Below, one piece after another: positions 39,287 through 52,760 of a DNA stretch of 64,000 nucleotides. Below the pieces are notes generated by a model, which was given only the letters and a program-made list of their open reading frames with translations, searched no databases and was not told the origin of the DNA. How positions within the stretch are numbered: position 1 is the first letter of the stretch; every line of letters starts with the position of its first letter. Origin of the DNA: Narcine bancroftii. Taxonomy: Eukaryota. The position numbers were made by a program, and so were the translations under genes. The stretch covers positions 16,430,001-16,494,000 of the forward strand of contig NC_091482.1 in NCBI RefSeq assembly GCF_036971445.1. Direction: 5' to 3'.

Positions 39287-41048
39287 CAGAGTCCCCGACT
39301 TACAATGAATGATCAGACTTACGATTTTTCTAAGTTATGATGGTTCAAATCCGTACTGTACTTCGAATTTTGGCACAGCTATGATGTTCAGTGTTTCCCC
39401 ACAGCGCTATGTCAATCCCCACACTGATCCCACTGATCTGATCTCCCTACAACCCCATTTTGGATCCACACTGATCCCACTGACCTGATCTCCCTACAAC
39501 CCCATTTTGGATCCACACTGATCCCACTGACCTGATCTCCCTACAACCCCATTTTGGAGCCACACTGATCCCACTGACCTGATCTCCCTACAACCCCATT
39601 TTGGAGCCACACTGATCCCACTGACCTGATCTCCCTACAACCCCATTTTGGAGCCACACTGATCCCACTGACCTGATCTCCCTACAACCCCATTTTGGAG
39701 CCACACTGATCCCACTGACCTGATCTCCCTACAACCCCATTTTGGAGCCACACTGATCCCACTGACCTGATCTCCCTACAACCCCATTTTGGAGCCACAC
39801 TGATCCCACTGACCTGATCTCCCTACAACCCCATTTTGGAGCCACACTCATCCCACTGACCTGATCTCCCTACAACCCCATTTTGGAGCCACACTGATCC
39901 CACTGACCTGATCTCCCTACAACCCCATTTTGGATCCACACTGATCCCACTGACCTGATCTCTCCCTACAGCCTCATGTCGTCCCCCACACTGATCCCAC
40001 TGACCTGTTCTCTCCCTACAACCCCATGTCGGTACCTACACTGATCCCACTGGCCTGTTCTCTCCCTACAGCCCCATTTTGGATCCACACTGATCCCACT
40101 GACCTGATCTCCCTACAACCCCATTTTGGATCTACACTGATCCCACTGACCTGATCTCTCCCTACAGCCTCGTGTCGTCCCCCACACTGATCCCACTGAC
40201 CTGTTCTCTCCCTACAACCCCATGTCGGTACCTACACTGATCCCACTGGCCTGTTCTCTTCCTACAGCCCCATTTTGGATCCACACTGATCCCACTGACC
40301 GGATCTCTCCCTACAGCCCCTTTTTGGTCTCCACACTGATCCCACTGACCTGTTCTCTCGGTCTCCACACTGATCCCTCCCTACAGCCCTGTATTGGTCC
40401 CCACACCGATCCCACTGTCCTGATCCCTCCCTATTGTCCCGTGTAAGTCCCCACACCGATCCCACTGACCTGTTCTCTTCCTACAGCCTCGTGTCGTCCC
40501 CCACACTGATCCCACTGACCTGATCTCCCTACAACCCCATGTCGGTCCCCACACTGATCCCACTGCCACTGGCCTGTTCTCTCCCTACCGCCCAGTGTCG
40601 GTCTCCACACTGATCCCACTGACCTGATCTCTCCCTACAGCCCCATTTTGGATCCACACTGATCCCACTGACCGGATCTCTCCCTACAGCCCCTTTTTGG
40701 TCCCCACACTGATCCCACTGACCTGATCTCTCCCTACAGCCCCCTTTTTTGGTCCCCACACTGATCCCACTGACCTGTTCTCTCGGTCTCCACACTGATC
40801 CCTCCCTACATCCCCGTATTGGTCCCCACACCAATCCCACTGTCCTGATCCCTCCCTATAGTCCCGTGTCAGTCCCCACACTGATCCCACTGACCTGATC
40901 TCTCCCTACAGCCCCGCGTCGTTCCTCACACTGATCCCTCTGCCCGGTCTCTCCCCACAGTCCCACGTCACCCTGATCTCACAGCCCTTTATCAGCTTAT
41001 GACTTTTTTTCAACTTCATAACCCCATTGTAATTTGAGGACTACCTGT
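39287..41048. mobile_element. Tigger/pogo-like MITE hosting a minisatellite
   Basis: Left CAGAGTCCCCGACTTACAATG versus reverse complement of right end CAGGTAGTCCTCAAATTACAATG; TA at right end. Confidence 0.65.
39400..40985. repeat. 47-bp minisatellite (CCACACTGATCCCACTGACCTGATCTCCCTACAACCCCATTTTGGAG)n with a diverged higher-order right half
   Basis: About 11 near-identical units 39419-39960, then variant units. Confidence 0.97.
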
Positions 41049-42195
41049 ACTTTTTATAACAAAGGTAAAGATACATAACCCACATTTTGGGCTTGAGCCC
41101 TTCATCAATGTAAGAGCTTTATTTATATCTAATATTGCTAAAGTACAGTTTAACCCATTGTCTTTGACTTTTTTAGCCTTGTATTCTTACTTCATAATAT
41201 TCCAGGTGTGGTCTCACCAGGTCACTCTATTATAGCAATGAGATTCTTTTTGCTCTTATGCTCAAATCTCTTGTATTAAAGAGCAACTTATCATCATCCT
41301 TACCAGTCCTGCTGTATCTGCAGTTCAAGGATGGCACAGTCTCCCTCAGTACCAATTTTCAATCCTTCATCTTTTTTTAAATATGTGCTCTTCTACTTTT
41401 TTTCTTCCCTTTCATGTTTCCACAATTAATTTCACTTGTTGTGAAGCTGCCCTTTCAGTTAGCCTGCCTGTATCTTCCTGTTGCTTCCCTGTCTTCTCAC
41501 AGCACACAATGCCATACAGCTTTGTCGCATCAGAAATTATGGATATATTACACAGGTTTCTCTCATCTAATTAATATAGTCTAAAGAGCTAAAGCTGCAG
41601 TACCAATGCCTGGGGCATTCCATCAGTTATCGCCTGCCAATCTGAAAACTATTAATTTTCCTACTGCGGTTTCTGTCTGTTAACCAATCCTACATGCTTT
41701 AATTTTGCTTGATTACCTATTAAATTTTATAGGTTGCCACAGTGGGATTTAAACCCACAACCCAAGGGTTACTGGTTCGCAATTTATTTCTCATTCACCT
41801 GTTAGTGTCCCGAATCTTATTACACTTCTCTGCAAGATTCTTAAGAAGTGTGCTTAGATGAAGATACAAGTCCATTTTATTTTCACATTGAGATTTATAT
41901 GAAGATTAGTTATAAAGGATGAAAGATGATTGATTAGATTGTGCAAAGCTGCTTTGTAAATGAAATCAATTTTAACATTCAAAAATTTTGCTGTTTTAAC
42001 TTTTTTCTTTCCAATAAAGTCTTTATTCACAATAAATTATTTACAAAAAATGAAACCGTTCCAGATCTCTTTGCACCTTTAGTATCGTGCTCAAACATTC
42101 CCATCATTGTATAGTTTTACATATGCTCTGTATTTCCATCTCTGGCACCACAGGTGTTTTTAACATCTTTTCTCTTCACAGAGGAACTACTAACA

Positions 42196-42249
42196 ATGAG
42201 TGTCCTTCCACCAGTCAGAAGAGATCGAATTATACCCAAGCTGCCCTCG
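42196..42249 (+). CDS. RAB34: RAB34 first coding exon (MSVLPPVRRDRIIPKLPS)
   Basis: Matches RAB34 N-terminus PVRRDR; exon starts 42182 after tcttcacag; donor |gtaaag. Confidence 0.9.
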
Positions 42250-45191
42250 GTAAAGTAGGCTTCACTGTTTGGACCATCATTCACAATTTTCTAAATCTAT
42301 TGTTAAAACCAGATTTAACATGACACAATGTAAGAGCTTCTTATCTCAAGAAGTGAACAGGGATTATCTGCTTGTAATTTCAGTGTGCCAAATGGAAATT
42401 TATGTATTTACCTAAGGAATACATTGGAAAGTGCTCCACAAAATCAAATCCCAGTGCTGGGGGAGGGGGAAAAAAAACGGTCATTTTCTTTTGCTATTTC
42501 ATTTGATGTTAGGATTTCAGATGATCATATTACCCTGTTTGTATCAGGGACTGATTTACATTCCTGCAAGTGTAACCACGGAGCCTCCTACATATAATCA
42601 ATTAAACACAGAGGCAAAACAAACACTTACTGTGATATCATTGCGCTTCCAAATGTTAATATGCAAACTATTTCAAGGAAGCAGATTTTTTAGTCACATC
42701 TCAAAAAGATATTCTACTATGGAAAATTGACTGACTAGCTAAGATAAATTCTGTATTTTCCTTTAAAGCAACCAGTTTATTAGTCCAAACATTTGAACAA
42801 TTGAAGCCTTTACTATGACTTTCAGATTGTAACACCAATATCTTTTGTTTAATGTGAGCCATGGCATTTTTTATCGATATCATGGTTAGTATCTTCTCTC
42901 TGTACTTCAATGCTATGTGATTGGGTTTCTGTTGGTGTTACAATTGAAACTCAGTCCTATAATTCTGGAACAGCAGTCACAATATGCCCTTTACCGAGAA
43001 GCTAGAGTAAATAAGTGCTGGAGTTTGTGTAAGTACATACAGAAAATAGATCAATTTGGAGGGGGAGTATTAAAATGAGAGTACATTTGTGAATGATAGG
43101 AATGCCTACTTTTTTATGGCCCCAAATGTATTTGGAAAAGGACTCGAGGTTTGGGTGGGATGGGGTGAAGGGTAAAACCCTAACCCTAACGTGCAGCAAT
43201 AATCTGCACTCTCAAGAAGAGAGTAAAAGATCAATGCAATGTAGAAGAGATTGCAAGGGAAAGCCTCTTAAAGTTCAAGGGAAGAGTCAAAAGCCACTCA
43301 AAGTTTGGAGAGAACACTCCACTGTTTTTACCTCATTTAGAAGTCTTGACTAATATATATTTATAAACTGTTACAAGAGACTACAGCAATAGATTTCACA
43401 ATAATCTTAAAATCAATATGTTAAGAGTAAACAGAAACCAATGCCGACATGGCCTGTTCGCGCCGTGAATGGTTATATGGTTAGATGGTTAATGAACTAT
43501 CTCTCTCTGTTGCTAAGAGATTAATAACTGTTATAGGAATATATAAACTTATGATCAAATTGATAATGGATGGGGGGGTGGTGACACAGTTTGTGCAGTG
43601 GTTGGAATAACTATTTTATAGTGTCAACGACCGGCGTTCGAATCCAACGCTGTCAGTAAGCAGTTTGCGTGTTCTCTGGGTGCTCCAGTTTCCTCTCATG
43701 TTTGAAAAACGTATGGGGTTCCGACATTAATTGGTCACATGGTGTATTTGGGAAGGCACCAGCTCGTGGGTTGGAAGGGCCTGTACCATGCTGCATCTTT
43801 AAATAAATAAAAAATGTATGTGTGTGTATAATTATAGGTAAGACTTGAACTAGGGGACATAGCCTCAAGATTCAGGAAAGCAGACTTATGACAAAAATAA
43901 GGAGGACAACTGCTTCTCCTGGAGAGCAGTGAATCTGTGGAATTCTCTGCCCAATGAAGCAGCAGATGGCTGCCTCTCTAAATGATAGGTAGAGTTTTGA
44001 ATACACTTCATTGGAATAGCGGGGTGTGGAGTTGAGTCCATGGGCAGATCAGCTGTGATCTTACTGAGTGGTGGAACAGCAGGCTGGATGTTCAAGATGG
44101 CCTCATCTGGCTCCTATTTCTTATGTTATTGAGGGATATGGCGATGGTTCAGGAATATGAAATCACCCAAGGTCTTATTGAGTAGCAGAAGTATCTTGAG
44201 AGGCTGAATGACCTCCTACTGCTTCCATTTCTAACATTCTATTGTGACCAAAACAGCTGAAAAGGAGTTTTGGATGAATGTGTCAAGCACTTATGTAACC
44301 TCGTTTGTCCACAATAATTTCAAAGTTCCTCCTGCTTTCCTACACAGAAAACGGCAATGTTAAGAGTGATCAAGCAAATGTTAAAAGTCCAAAGATTTAG
44401 CTGTGGGTGTGGTAAAATGTTAACTGCACCCAACAAGGAGTTTCATACTTCCGAGCATGAATTGGTTTTAATGATCACCCACAGTAAATTCACTTCAGTC
44501 ACCAGAAATTGCATTTGCAAAATAACCTCGGCTTGCATTCTCACTTAGAACAGATTGGAATGCTCAAAGGACCACTTTGGTTCTTGTTGAGACTAATCAC
44601 TCAAAAGAAAAGCTTTTTCCACTTTCCAGAAGACTCCTTTCCAACTGTTGGCTTAGTCTTGTTGCAGCCACGACTGTTTATCTTTGCATGGTTTGCCAAT
44701 CGACCATCCACAGACAAAACTGCAACTAAACTTTAAAAATAAGCAGATGCTGGAAATCTGAAATATGTGGAAAACATTGGAAACATTCAGCGAGAAAGGA
44801 GAAGCAGAGTTAATGTTCTGGGTCAGACTCTTGGATGGCTTTCCCAAAAGAGAAGATGCGGTAAATTCAACAATAATTTAAAATGAAAAAGCTGCAGATG
44901 TCAGACATCTGAAATAAAAATAAACAATGCTGGTAATATTCAGCAGGTCGGGTAGCATCGATGTCCTTGACATTTTAAATTTGTTTCTCTTTCACTGATG
45001 CTTCCCAACCTCCTGAGTGTTTTCACTATTTTTTTTTTGTTTTCATAAGATCAAACCTTTAACAGAATTTAGTATAATAGATTATCATCTCATTTTCTAA
45101 GGACTGCATTCAGAATAGGATATGAATGTACAAATCTAGAAATTACATCATCTATAATACTGCTAACCATGAGTTTCAAATGGGTGTCTTG

Positions 45192-45338
45192 CAGGGGTGC
45201 AGTGCTAATTTTTTAGGTGCTGGAGCTCACGAAAAACGGCGATAAGGAGGTGCCAGAGCTGCCCCATGAGGTGCCTGGAGCAGCCCCCTGAGGTGCTGGA
45301 GTGATGCTCCAGTGAGCTTTGGCAGCACTGCACCCCTG
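45192..45338. mobile_element. Short MITE (hAT-like)
   Basis: TIRs CAGGGGTGCAGTGCT ... AGCACTGCACCCCTG; internal repeated gaggtgcyggag. Confidence 0.65.
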
Positions 45339-47184
45339 GTCTCGTCTTTCATCAACCCTTAATATAATTGTGAACTGCATTTATAAAATTAATTGAGATT
45401 TTTTTTGCATATACAATATGGATGGTGTTTCAGGAGCTATTATAACAGCAGCGCTGCCACTGGTGCAGAGGCACAGCGCTCCTGTGGGGTCCAGCCGCCC
45501 GTTCCGACTGCCATCGTCTCTGTACAGGCTTTAAATTTTGATACTCGGGATCTGTGCCCAAGATGGGGCGCTTGTGAACAGCAGCAGCCATGAAGGGTTG
45601 CAGACTCCAGGGAAACAGAGGGCTGATGCAGGGCACCAGAAAACAGGGAGCAGGAGAAGCAGAGGAGACGACCTATGGGACGGTGACCACGTTGTCGGAC
45701 TACTGAAGGGCTCTGGCTGAAGAGCACACAGGCGTCAAAGCAAGGAACCCAGGCTGCTGACGACTGGGGTCAAAAGATTCACACCAGACTGTGGAATGCT
45801 GGAGACTCACTTGAGACTGGCTGAAGTGGGTACCAGTTTGTCGGAACAAGGATGAGAAAGGGTGCCAAGGGCGCTGAATGTTTCCAAACAGTGTCAGAGG
45901 TTTGGTCTGGAGCTTGGGTTGCTGATGGTTAGGTCTGGACTGACTCTGTGGCTACGGAGATTGCGGGAGCACTGGAGATGAATCCACGGGCATTCGATGA
46001 CTCTGAAGGGACATTCATTTGCTTCTCTTTCTCTGACTGTAAGAGGCACCTGACAATTTCTGCTGATGGTGAATTTGTCTGCATTACTAAAGCAAATTTT
46101 GTGTAATATTACACGTTCTATGATATGACAATAAAAAATCTTGAATCTGTTTGATGGACCAATGAGATTTTTGAACACCTTTTGAATGAAGGATAGACAG
46201 AAAGCAATGAATGATTCATGTTAAGCATGAAAATCTATGCTCTTCTTACTTTAAGAGGATTTAAGATGGGTTGGCTTTTGTTAAGATGAGAGGGGAAAGA
46301 TTTAAAAGATACTGGAAGAACAACTTTTTCACACCGAGTGTGGTGAGTTTTTAGAAAAAACTGCTAGAGGAAGTTGTAGAGGCTGGTAGTGCATTTAAAA
46401 GACATTTAGACAAATACATTTTCCTTTATATTTGCTTGGAAGAATTAGAATATTGTTGTTGTCCATGAATTGTTCAAACAAATCCATACTAAAGTTGAAA
46501 TTGAGTGTTCTACGGTTTATTAAACATTGTTAACGTTATTATCAGTTGTTATATATTGTTATAAGCCATTAAAACTTTGTTAGATGGTACTAAACATTGT
46601 TAAACGATGATTAAGTGGTCAATAAAAGTTTTGGAACATCTAAGTTCCTTACCCTTTGTAGAACAAAAAAAATGAACTACTGCTAATCTCTAAAATGGCT
46701 GAAAATCCAGCTGTAACCTTGGCTCAAAGACTGTTACTATGGAGACACTGAAGGAACATGTAAGCAATCTTCTTGAAAGCCACGAAAAATAATTTACTTG
46801 CAAGAAATACATGTTAACCCTTACACATGGATAAATAGCAAAGGTTTAGAGGGTATGGGCCAAATGCAAACAAACAGGTCCAGCTCAGGATGAATAAGAC
46901 TCTGTGACTAAGCATGAGAAGTGATTGCATTGAAACATAGATGATTCATACTGGGCTTGACAGGGTTGATGCAGGAGAGAGGCTTCATCTGACTGAGGAG
47001 TTTAGATCCAAAGATTACTCTTTCAAAATAAATGGTTGGCCACTCAGGATTGCAAGGAGAGGTATGTTCTCACCTGAGTTTGTAGTGAATTTTCTCCACC
47101 CAAGAGGGCTATGAAAGCTAGGTGACTGAATATATTCAGGACAGTAGTCAATAGATTTTGTACCTTAAGATATATGTGATTAGT

Positions 47185-47321
47185 NNNNNNNNNNNNNNNN
47201 NNNNNNNNNNNNNNNNNNNNNNNNNNNNNNNNNNNNNNNNNNNNNNNNNNNNNNNNNNNNNNNNNNNNNNNNNNNNNNNNNNNNNNNNNNNNNNNNNNNN
47301 NNNNNNNNNNNNNNNNNNNNN
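47185..47321. other. Assembly gap (137 N) in a RAB34 intron
   Basis: Run of N. Confidence 1.
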
Positions 47322-47623
47322 GCTTCCATTATAAGAGGCTTGTTCATGTAGCAGCCATTTGTGTATGAGTTCAGGTAGTCTGCTCTCGTTCAACTGAGGA
47401 GAGAATCTGCTCAGCCTAACTCCATCCACCTGATGGTGCCACTAGATATTGATCAAGAAAAGAGCCACCATCCGCCTTTGTAGCATGTTCAGACTGGGTG
47501 CATTGATCTGTTACTCCCTATCGCTGAATTGATTCTGTCCAGTTTAATTGAAGGCCGTCTTCAGTTTCTTTTTATATAAAAGCACCGCTTTACTGTACTT
47601 TGATACTTTGCTTTTACATACAG

Positions 47624-47715
47624 TGTTTTACAAAAGAAGCTGCCCTCCACACAAAAGATATATTCAACCCCAAAGTGAAACGTGCCTGCCACGATGATCG
47701 GACAGGAACCGTTGG
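47624..47715 (+). CDS. RAB34: RAB34 coding exon 2 (CFTKEAALHTKDIFNPKVKRACHDDRTGTVG)
   Basis: Matches RAB34 KEAALH...F.P.V..AC...RTGTVG; cag| and |gtaagt; 92 nt. Confidence 0.93.
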
Positions 47716-48014
47716 GTAAGTTACTTTTCAGAACTTTCAAGTTCCCCACATGAAAGGAAATGGCTTACAAACAATAGAAGTAATAATCATATCACTGAAT
47801 TTGGTGAGAACAGATCTGGTGGTGAGCAACTTCTTATCTGTGAATATTTTAGCATCCAGCAGCCTTCAGTGGCATTTGCCTGAGTAAAAAGGTCTGTTTT
47901 AAGATTGAAGGGACGGCTGTTGAGGTGAGTTGATCACAAAGCACTCATTAGCATTAGGGTTAGTTTAATTCTGTAATATATAAGTTTCTTAATTCTGATA
48001 TATAAACTTAGTGT

Positions 48015-48893
48015 ACGGTATATACTTGTGAAATAGTCGATCTGGTGTAAAAGTCCATCCTCCCCTTTTTTTTGGTCCCAAAATCACATTTTACATGTCT
48101 CTTTGGCTTGGCTTCGCAGATTTATGGAGGGGGTAAATGTCCACGTCAGCTGCAGGCTCGTTTGTGGCTGACAAGTCCGATGCGGGACAGGCAGACACGG
48201 TTGCAGCGGTTTCAGGGGAAAATTGGTGGGTTGGGGTTGGGAGTTGGGTTTTTCCTCCTTTGTCTTTTGTCAGTGAGGTGGGCTCTGCGGTCTTCTTCAA
48301 AGGAGGTTGCTGCCTGCCGAACTGTGAGGCGCCAAGATGCACGGTTGGAGGCGAGATCAGCCCACTGGCGGTGGTCAATGGGGCAGGCACCAAAAGATTT
48401 CTTCAGGCAGTCCTTGTACCTCTTCTTTGGTGCACCTCTGTCACGGTGGCCAGTGGAGAGCTTGCCATATAACACGATCTTGGGAAGGCAATGGTCCTCC
48501 ATTCTGGAGACGTGACCTACCCAGCGCAGTTGGATCTTCAGCAGCGTGGATTCGATGCTGTCGGCCTCTGCCATCTCGAGTACTTCGATGTTAGGGATGA
48601 AGTCACTCCAATGAATGTTGAGGATGGAGCGGACCCATGTAAAAATCAACCCACTCCCCTTATTTTTGGCTCTGGCCACCCACCCATCCGAGCTCCCAAT
48701 GCCGCAGCTGGCCGTCCATCCAAGCTCCTGATGCCTCGAACGAAGACTTACCACCCAATCCCGGCCATCCGAGCACCCGAAGCCTTGAACTTACCATGGT
48801 CAAAAGTATGAGCTGTGTCAGTCAACCCCCCCCCCCCATTTGACTCAAAAAATTGGTCCAAAAAACTCGAACATTACACAAGTATAGACAGTA
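48015..48893. mobile_element. Tc1/mariner-type MITE interrupted by an RTE LINE
   Basis: TA-flanked termini tacggtatatacttgtg ... tacacaagtatagacagta. Confidence 0.55.
48095..48632 (-). mobile_element. RTE-clade LINE 3' fragment
   Basis: ORF: SILNIHWSDFIPNIEVLE...QLRWVGHVSRMEDHCLPKIVLYGKL...RGAPKKRYKDCLK. Confidence 0.9.
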
Positions 48894-50739
48894 ATTCAAA
48901 GCTTTAATATTTTCTGATTTTGATCAACTTTTAAAAATCTAATTATTAACTTCTTTTAAGGGATTGCAGCAATCTAGTCTGGGTCTTCTTACTAACGTTA
49001 ATGTCCATGTAGTTAAAATAACAAAGGTCAGAAGTTTTAGGCCCTGACTCACTGATTTCTCTTTGTAGGACAATGCACATACTTAAAGCTTGCTTCCTAA
49101 CTTTTTTTTCAGAAGGTTCCATTGAAGTTCTGCCAATCATTTGAACCATGCTGGAGAAACTTGAATCATTTGCAGAGATGGGTACAATGAGATACTTTTC
49201 AGAGAAATGAATGGTTAATGGAACAAGCAGGGGGAGGAAAGCAGTCAGAACTGGTCAGGAGTTTGGAATGGGGGGAAGGGGGAGTTAAAAAGAAATGAGT
49301 AAGATAGTGAAAGAAGGAAACAGGATAAGTACAGTGTGGTCCTCTGCATGGATTTTCTCCGGGGGGCTCCGGTTTCTCCCCCCACTCAAGGTTTAGGTTA
49401 ATGGGGTGTAAAATGGGCGGCAAGGAGTTGTAGGGCCGAAATGGCCTGTTACAGAGCTGTATGTCTAATTTTTTTTAAAATTGAAAAAGCTAAGGGAGTG
49501 AATTTCTGAAGGTTTGGATCAAAGTGGTTGAGGAGGCACAGATTAAGTGGAGGAGTGAACTGTCTGCAAGAGATAAAAGAGCTGGAGAGAGCGTTGCAAG
49601 GAAAGAGTAGGTTGGAATATGTGTGCGAACACAGAGTGGAGAGGGGTTTGGAAGTGAGGGAATGTGCTTTGAAGGACCTCGTCATCTCACAAACCTGGCT
49701 AGTGCTGGTTCAAAGGCATCTCTAGTATACATGCAGCTAACACCACCAATGTCTTTGCAGCTAAATGTGTTGAAAAATTCTCTCGGAGCACAGACCAAGA
49801 AGGAAAAAGTGGAATTACTGGCTAGTATTTTAAAGAGCATAAAATAAAGAATGCATTACATTATGATCAAGGACGTATAAATTAAAATTTGAAGAAATAA
49901 ACATGTTCATTATTTTGATCCGATTATCCGACTGAACGACAAAACTTGCATGAAACCTGGTTTTGGTCAGGCAAGAGAGTTAACTGAGCAGTAATTATGG
50001 CTCAGCATACCTCCATCTAAGCACGATTTCATACCTAATCAAACAAAATGCAACATTTTTAAGAGCTGTTACAGCAAGGTTAGTTTGTACAAATCGGAAG
50101 TTTCGCTTGATTGTGCGGGCAATAGTTGCAAACAACACACTCTGTGAACAAGAGCAAGGTAATTGGCAGAAACTTTGGAGTTTCCACAGTGCTACACACT
50201 TGTTTAACAATTCTGAAGCTCCAGTCGGGTTACATAGTGACTGTTATTAACACATCATTGCATCCACAAAACCTAGACCTTTATTTAAAGAAGGACATTG
50301 GTGTTGCAGTTCTAAAGTAGCCTGAACACTTAAGGATTTCCCTGCTTTTTTGTTAATAATTCATGGTTCCAGCAGAATACTTTATTTTTCACATATTTGA
50401 GCATTACTGAATCTGATTGAAAACTGAAAGTTCATTGTTTTCATGATCTGGCCTGTTGCCATTGATGTTTTTTCCCATTAGGGGATGTGAATTGATTCAA
50501 AAGTCAAGCATTTATTTATGCACCGCGTCAGTGAAACTTGTGCTGAGCTTTTATGTGGCAATATGATAGATATAATTACTTACTGGCTTGTCTCTGTCCA
50601 AATCCCTTACACATACATTTAACACCTTTAATTTCATGCCATTCTAATCAGGGACCCAAGTGAAATCAAAATGTGACAAAAGAGATGTAAAAACCAAGCA
50701 AAGTTTATTGTATACCCTTTGCAGGCATCATTGCTAGAT

Positions 50740-50967
50740 CAGCCATTCTCAACGGGCTACGACGACCCCCCCCTGGGGGCCAAAGCACATTTAAATAAAA
50801 GCCTTGTTTTCTTTTCACCTCACGTAGCATCATTTTTTTTTGTGCAGTTGGTCGGAGAGAAGTGCGGAAGAAACCAAAACTTCATTGCTTCACAGGGAAG
50901 GGGGCCCTTAAACGTTGAGCAGAGGCCAAAAGGGGGCCATAGCCAATAAAAGGGTTGAGAATGGCTG
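50740..50967. mobile_element. hAT (Charlie-like) MITE
   Basis: TIRs CAGCCATTCTCAAC ... GTTGAGAATGGCTG; TSD tgctagat/ggatagat. Confidence 0.75.
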
Positions 50968-51699
50968 GGATAGATGACATTTATTTCCTGCCCTAGTTGT
51001 TTGAATGCCTTCCCAAGCTTTTCACGTGCAATTGCTATTGTGTAGGATTGAAGACACAAATAGGCAGACTATTAAACAATTAAATAGCCTCATGGGGTGT
51101 TTTTATTTACAGACCAGATCTCTTTCTGAAGTGAACTTGTCAACTCATGGCAGAAGGCCTTCACTTAGGATGAAGGGCACCTCATCTTTCCAGCATCACC
51201 AGATTGCTAGCAGGAACAGCATTGGTAGATCACAAGGGCTCTGATAGGTATTTTAACATTTTTACTGGCCACAGTTGATGCACAGATAACCCGAGGACTG
51301 CAAATGTCATAGTATTGTTCAACAAGGGCACTAAGAACAAGCCAGGTAAATATAGGCCCATGAATCTTTACATCAGTGGCTAACTTTGCAAAATATAATC
51401 TTGCCAGTTTCCTAATGGTGTGTCATTAAACAATTCCAAGCATGGAGCCTAGATTTCCCTATTACCCATTCCTACTGACATGAATTTTTTACCTTAATTA
51501 GTCCCAGTTATCATTACCAAGGATTTTGAAGTCAGATTTAGCCTGTGGCTGAGATAATAGGGTGGCAGCTATCCTTAATGTTAATGCATGCTAGAAAAGT
51601 CCTCTACCAAGGCTAGAATTGAGGGATGGAAATACATCTACAAACCACTGAAATGACTTTTCCCCTGAAAGGAGTTTTGTATATTCAGAAAATTATTAT

Positions 51700-52760
51700 G
51701 ACTGAAATCTGGATGTACTCCATGCTCTCATCCAACTGAAATCTGGCCACACTCTACACCTCCGTTGAGAATCTGTCTGAAATCTGGCTGTGCTCCACAT
51801 GTCTGATTGCTATCTGGCTGCCTCCCTCTGACTGGAATCAGGTTGTACTGTACCTCCCTCCATTCCTTCCAATTGAAATCTTGCTGTATTCCACATTCCC
51901 TGACTGAGATCTTGCTGTATTTCACTCTGACTGAAATCTAGATCATCCGATTGAAATCTAAATTAAATTTTTAAATTTAGACATACAGCACAGTAATGGG
52001 CCATTTCGGCCCACGAGTCCAGGCTGCCCAATTTAACCTGCAGCCACGGTACGGAACAACAGGAGGAAACCGGAGCCCCTGGGAAAAACCCACGCGGACA
52101 TAGGGAGAACGTACAAACTCCTTACAGACAGCGCGGGATTCAAATCCTGGTCCCGATTGCTGGCGCTGTGAAGGCGTTGCGCTAACTGCTATGTCAACCA
52201 TGCCGCCCCGAAATCTGGCTGGGTTATATACTATCCAACTGAAACCTCGCTGTATTACACCCCATCTGACCGAGATCTGGTTGTATTACATATAACTGAG
52301 AGTAAAACATTTTATTTTTGAGGGAGGGCACACCAGTAAATAATGAGGGGGTGGGAGGAAGGGGGTGGAGAGCTGGAGGAAAGACAGAGGGAATGGGAAG
52401 AGTGGGAGAACAGGGAGTGGGCTAACAGAAACCGGAGAAGTTGGTTTTAATGCCATCAGGTTGTTTATTTTCATACGACTTAGTTCTGGCTGTTCTACAC
52501 CCCATCTGGCTGAGATCTTGCTGTATTTCACTCCATCTGACAGAGATCTGGCTGCATTGCACCTGAGATGTGACTGTACTCTGCTCCTTCTCATCGATGC
52601 CTGACTACTCTACACATCTCCCAACTGAAATATGACTATTCCACACCCCCCACTCCTGACTGAATTCCCACCCACCGCATTCCCTTCCCCACCCCCAAGC
52701 TCTACCTGTTACTCTGCCCAATCTGACTGACCCCCTCCCCCCCAATCTGGACTGAAAATA
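51700..52760. repeat. Degenerate ~32-35 bp tandem repeat (ctgactgaaatctggctgtaytccacac...) interrupted by a SINE and a Penelope-like piece
   Basis: Recurrent actgaratctkgctgt motif. Confidence 0.7.
51960..52209 (-). mobile_element. Young tRNA-derived V-type SINE
   Basis: Full head (B box ggatttgaatccc), core and tail; flanking gaaatct direct repeat. Confidence 0.85.

Noticed and set aside
39400-40985. Regular repeats resembling a CRISPR array, and ORFs with repeated peptides
   Set aside because: Head-to-tail units with no unique spacers, no cas genes, vertebrate context; the ORFs are by-products of the repeat
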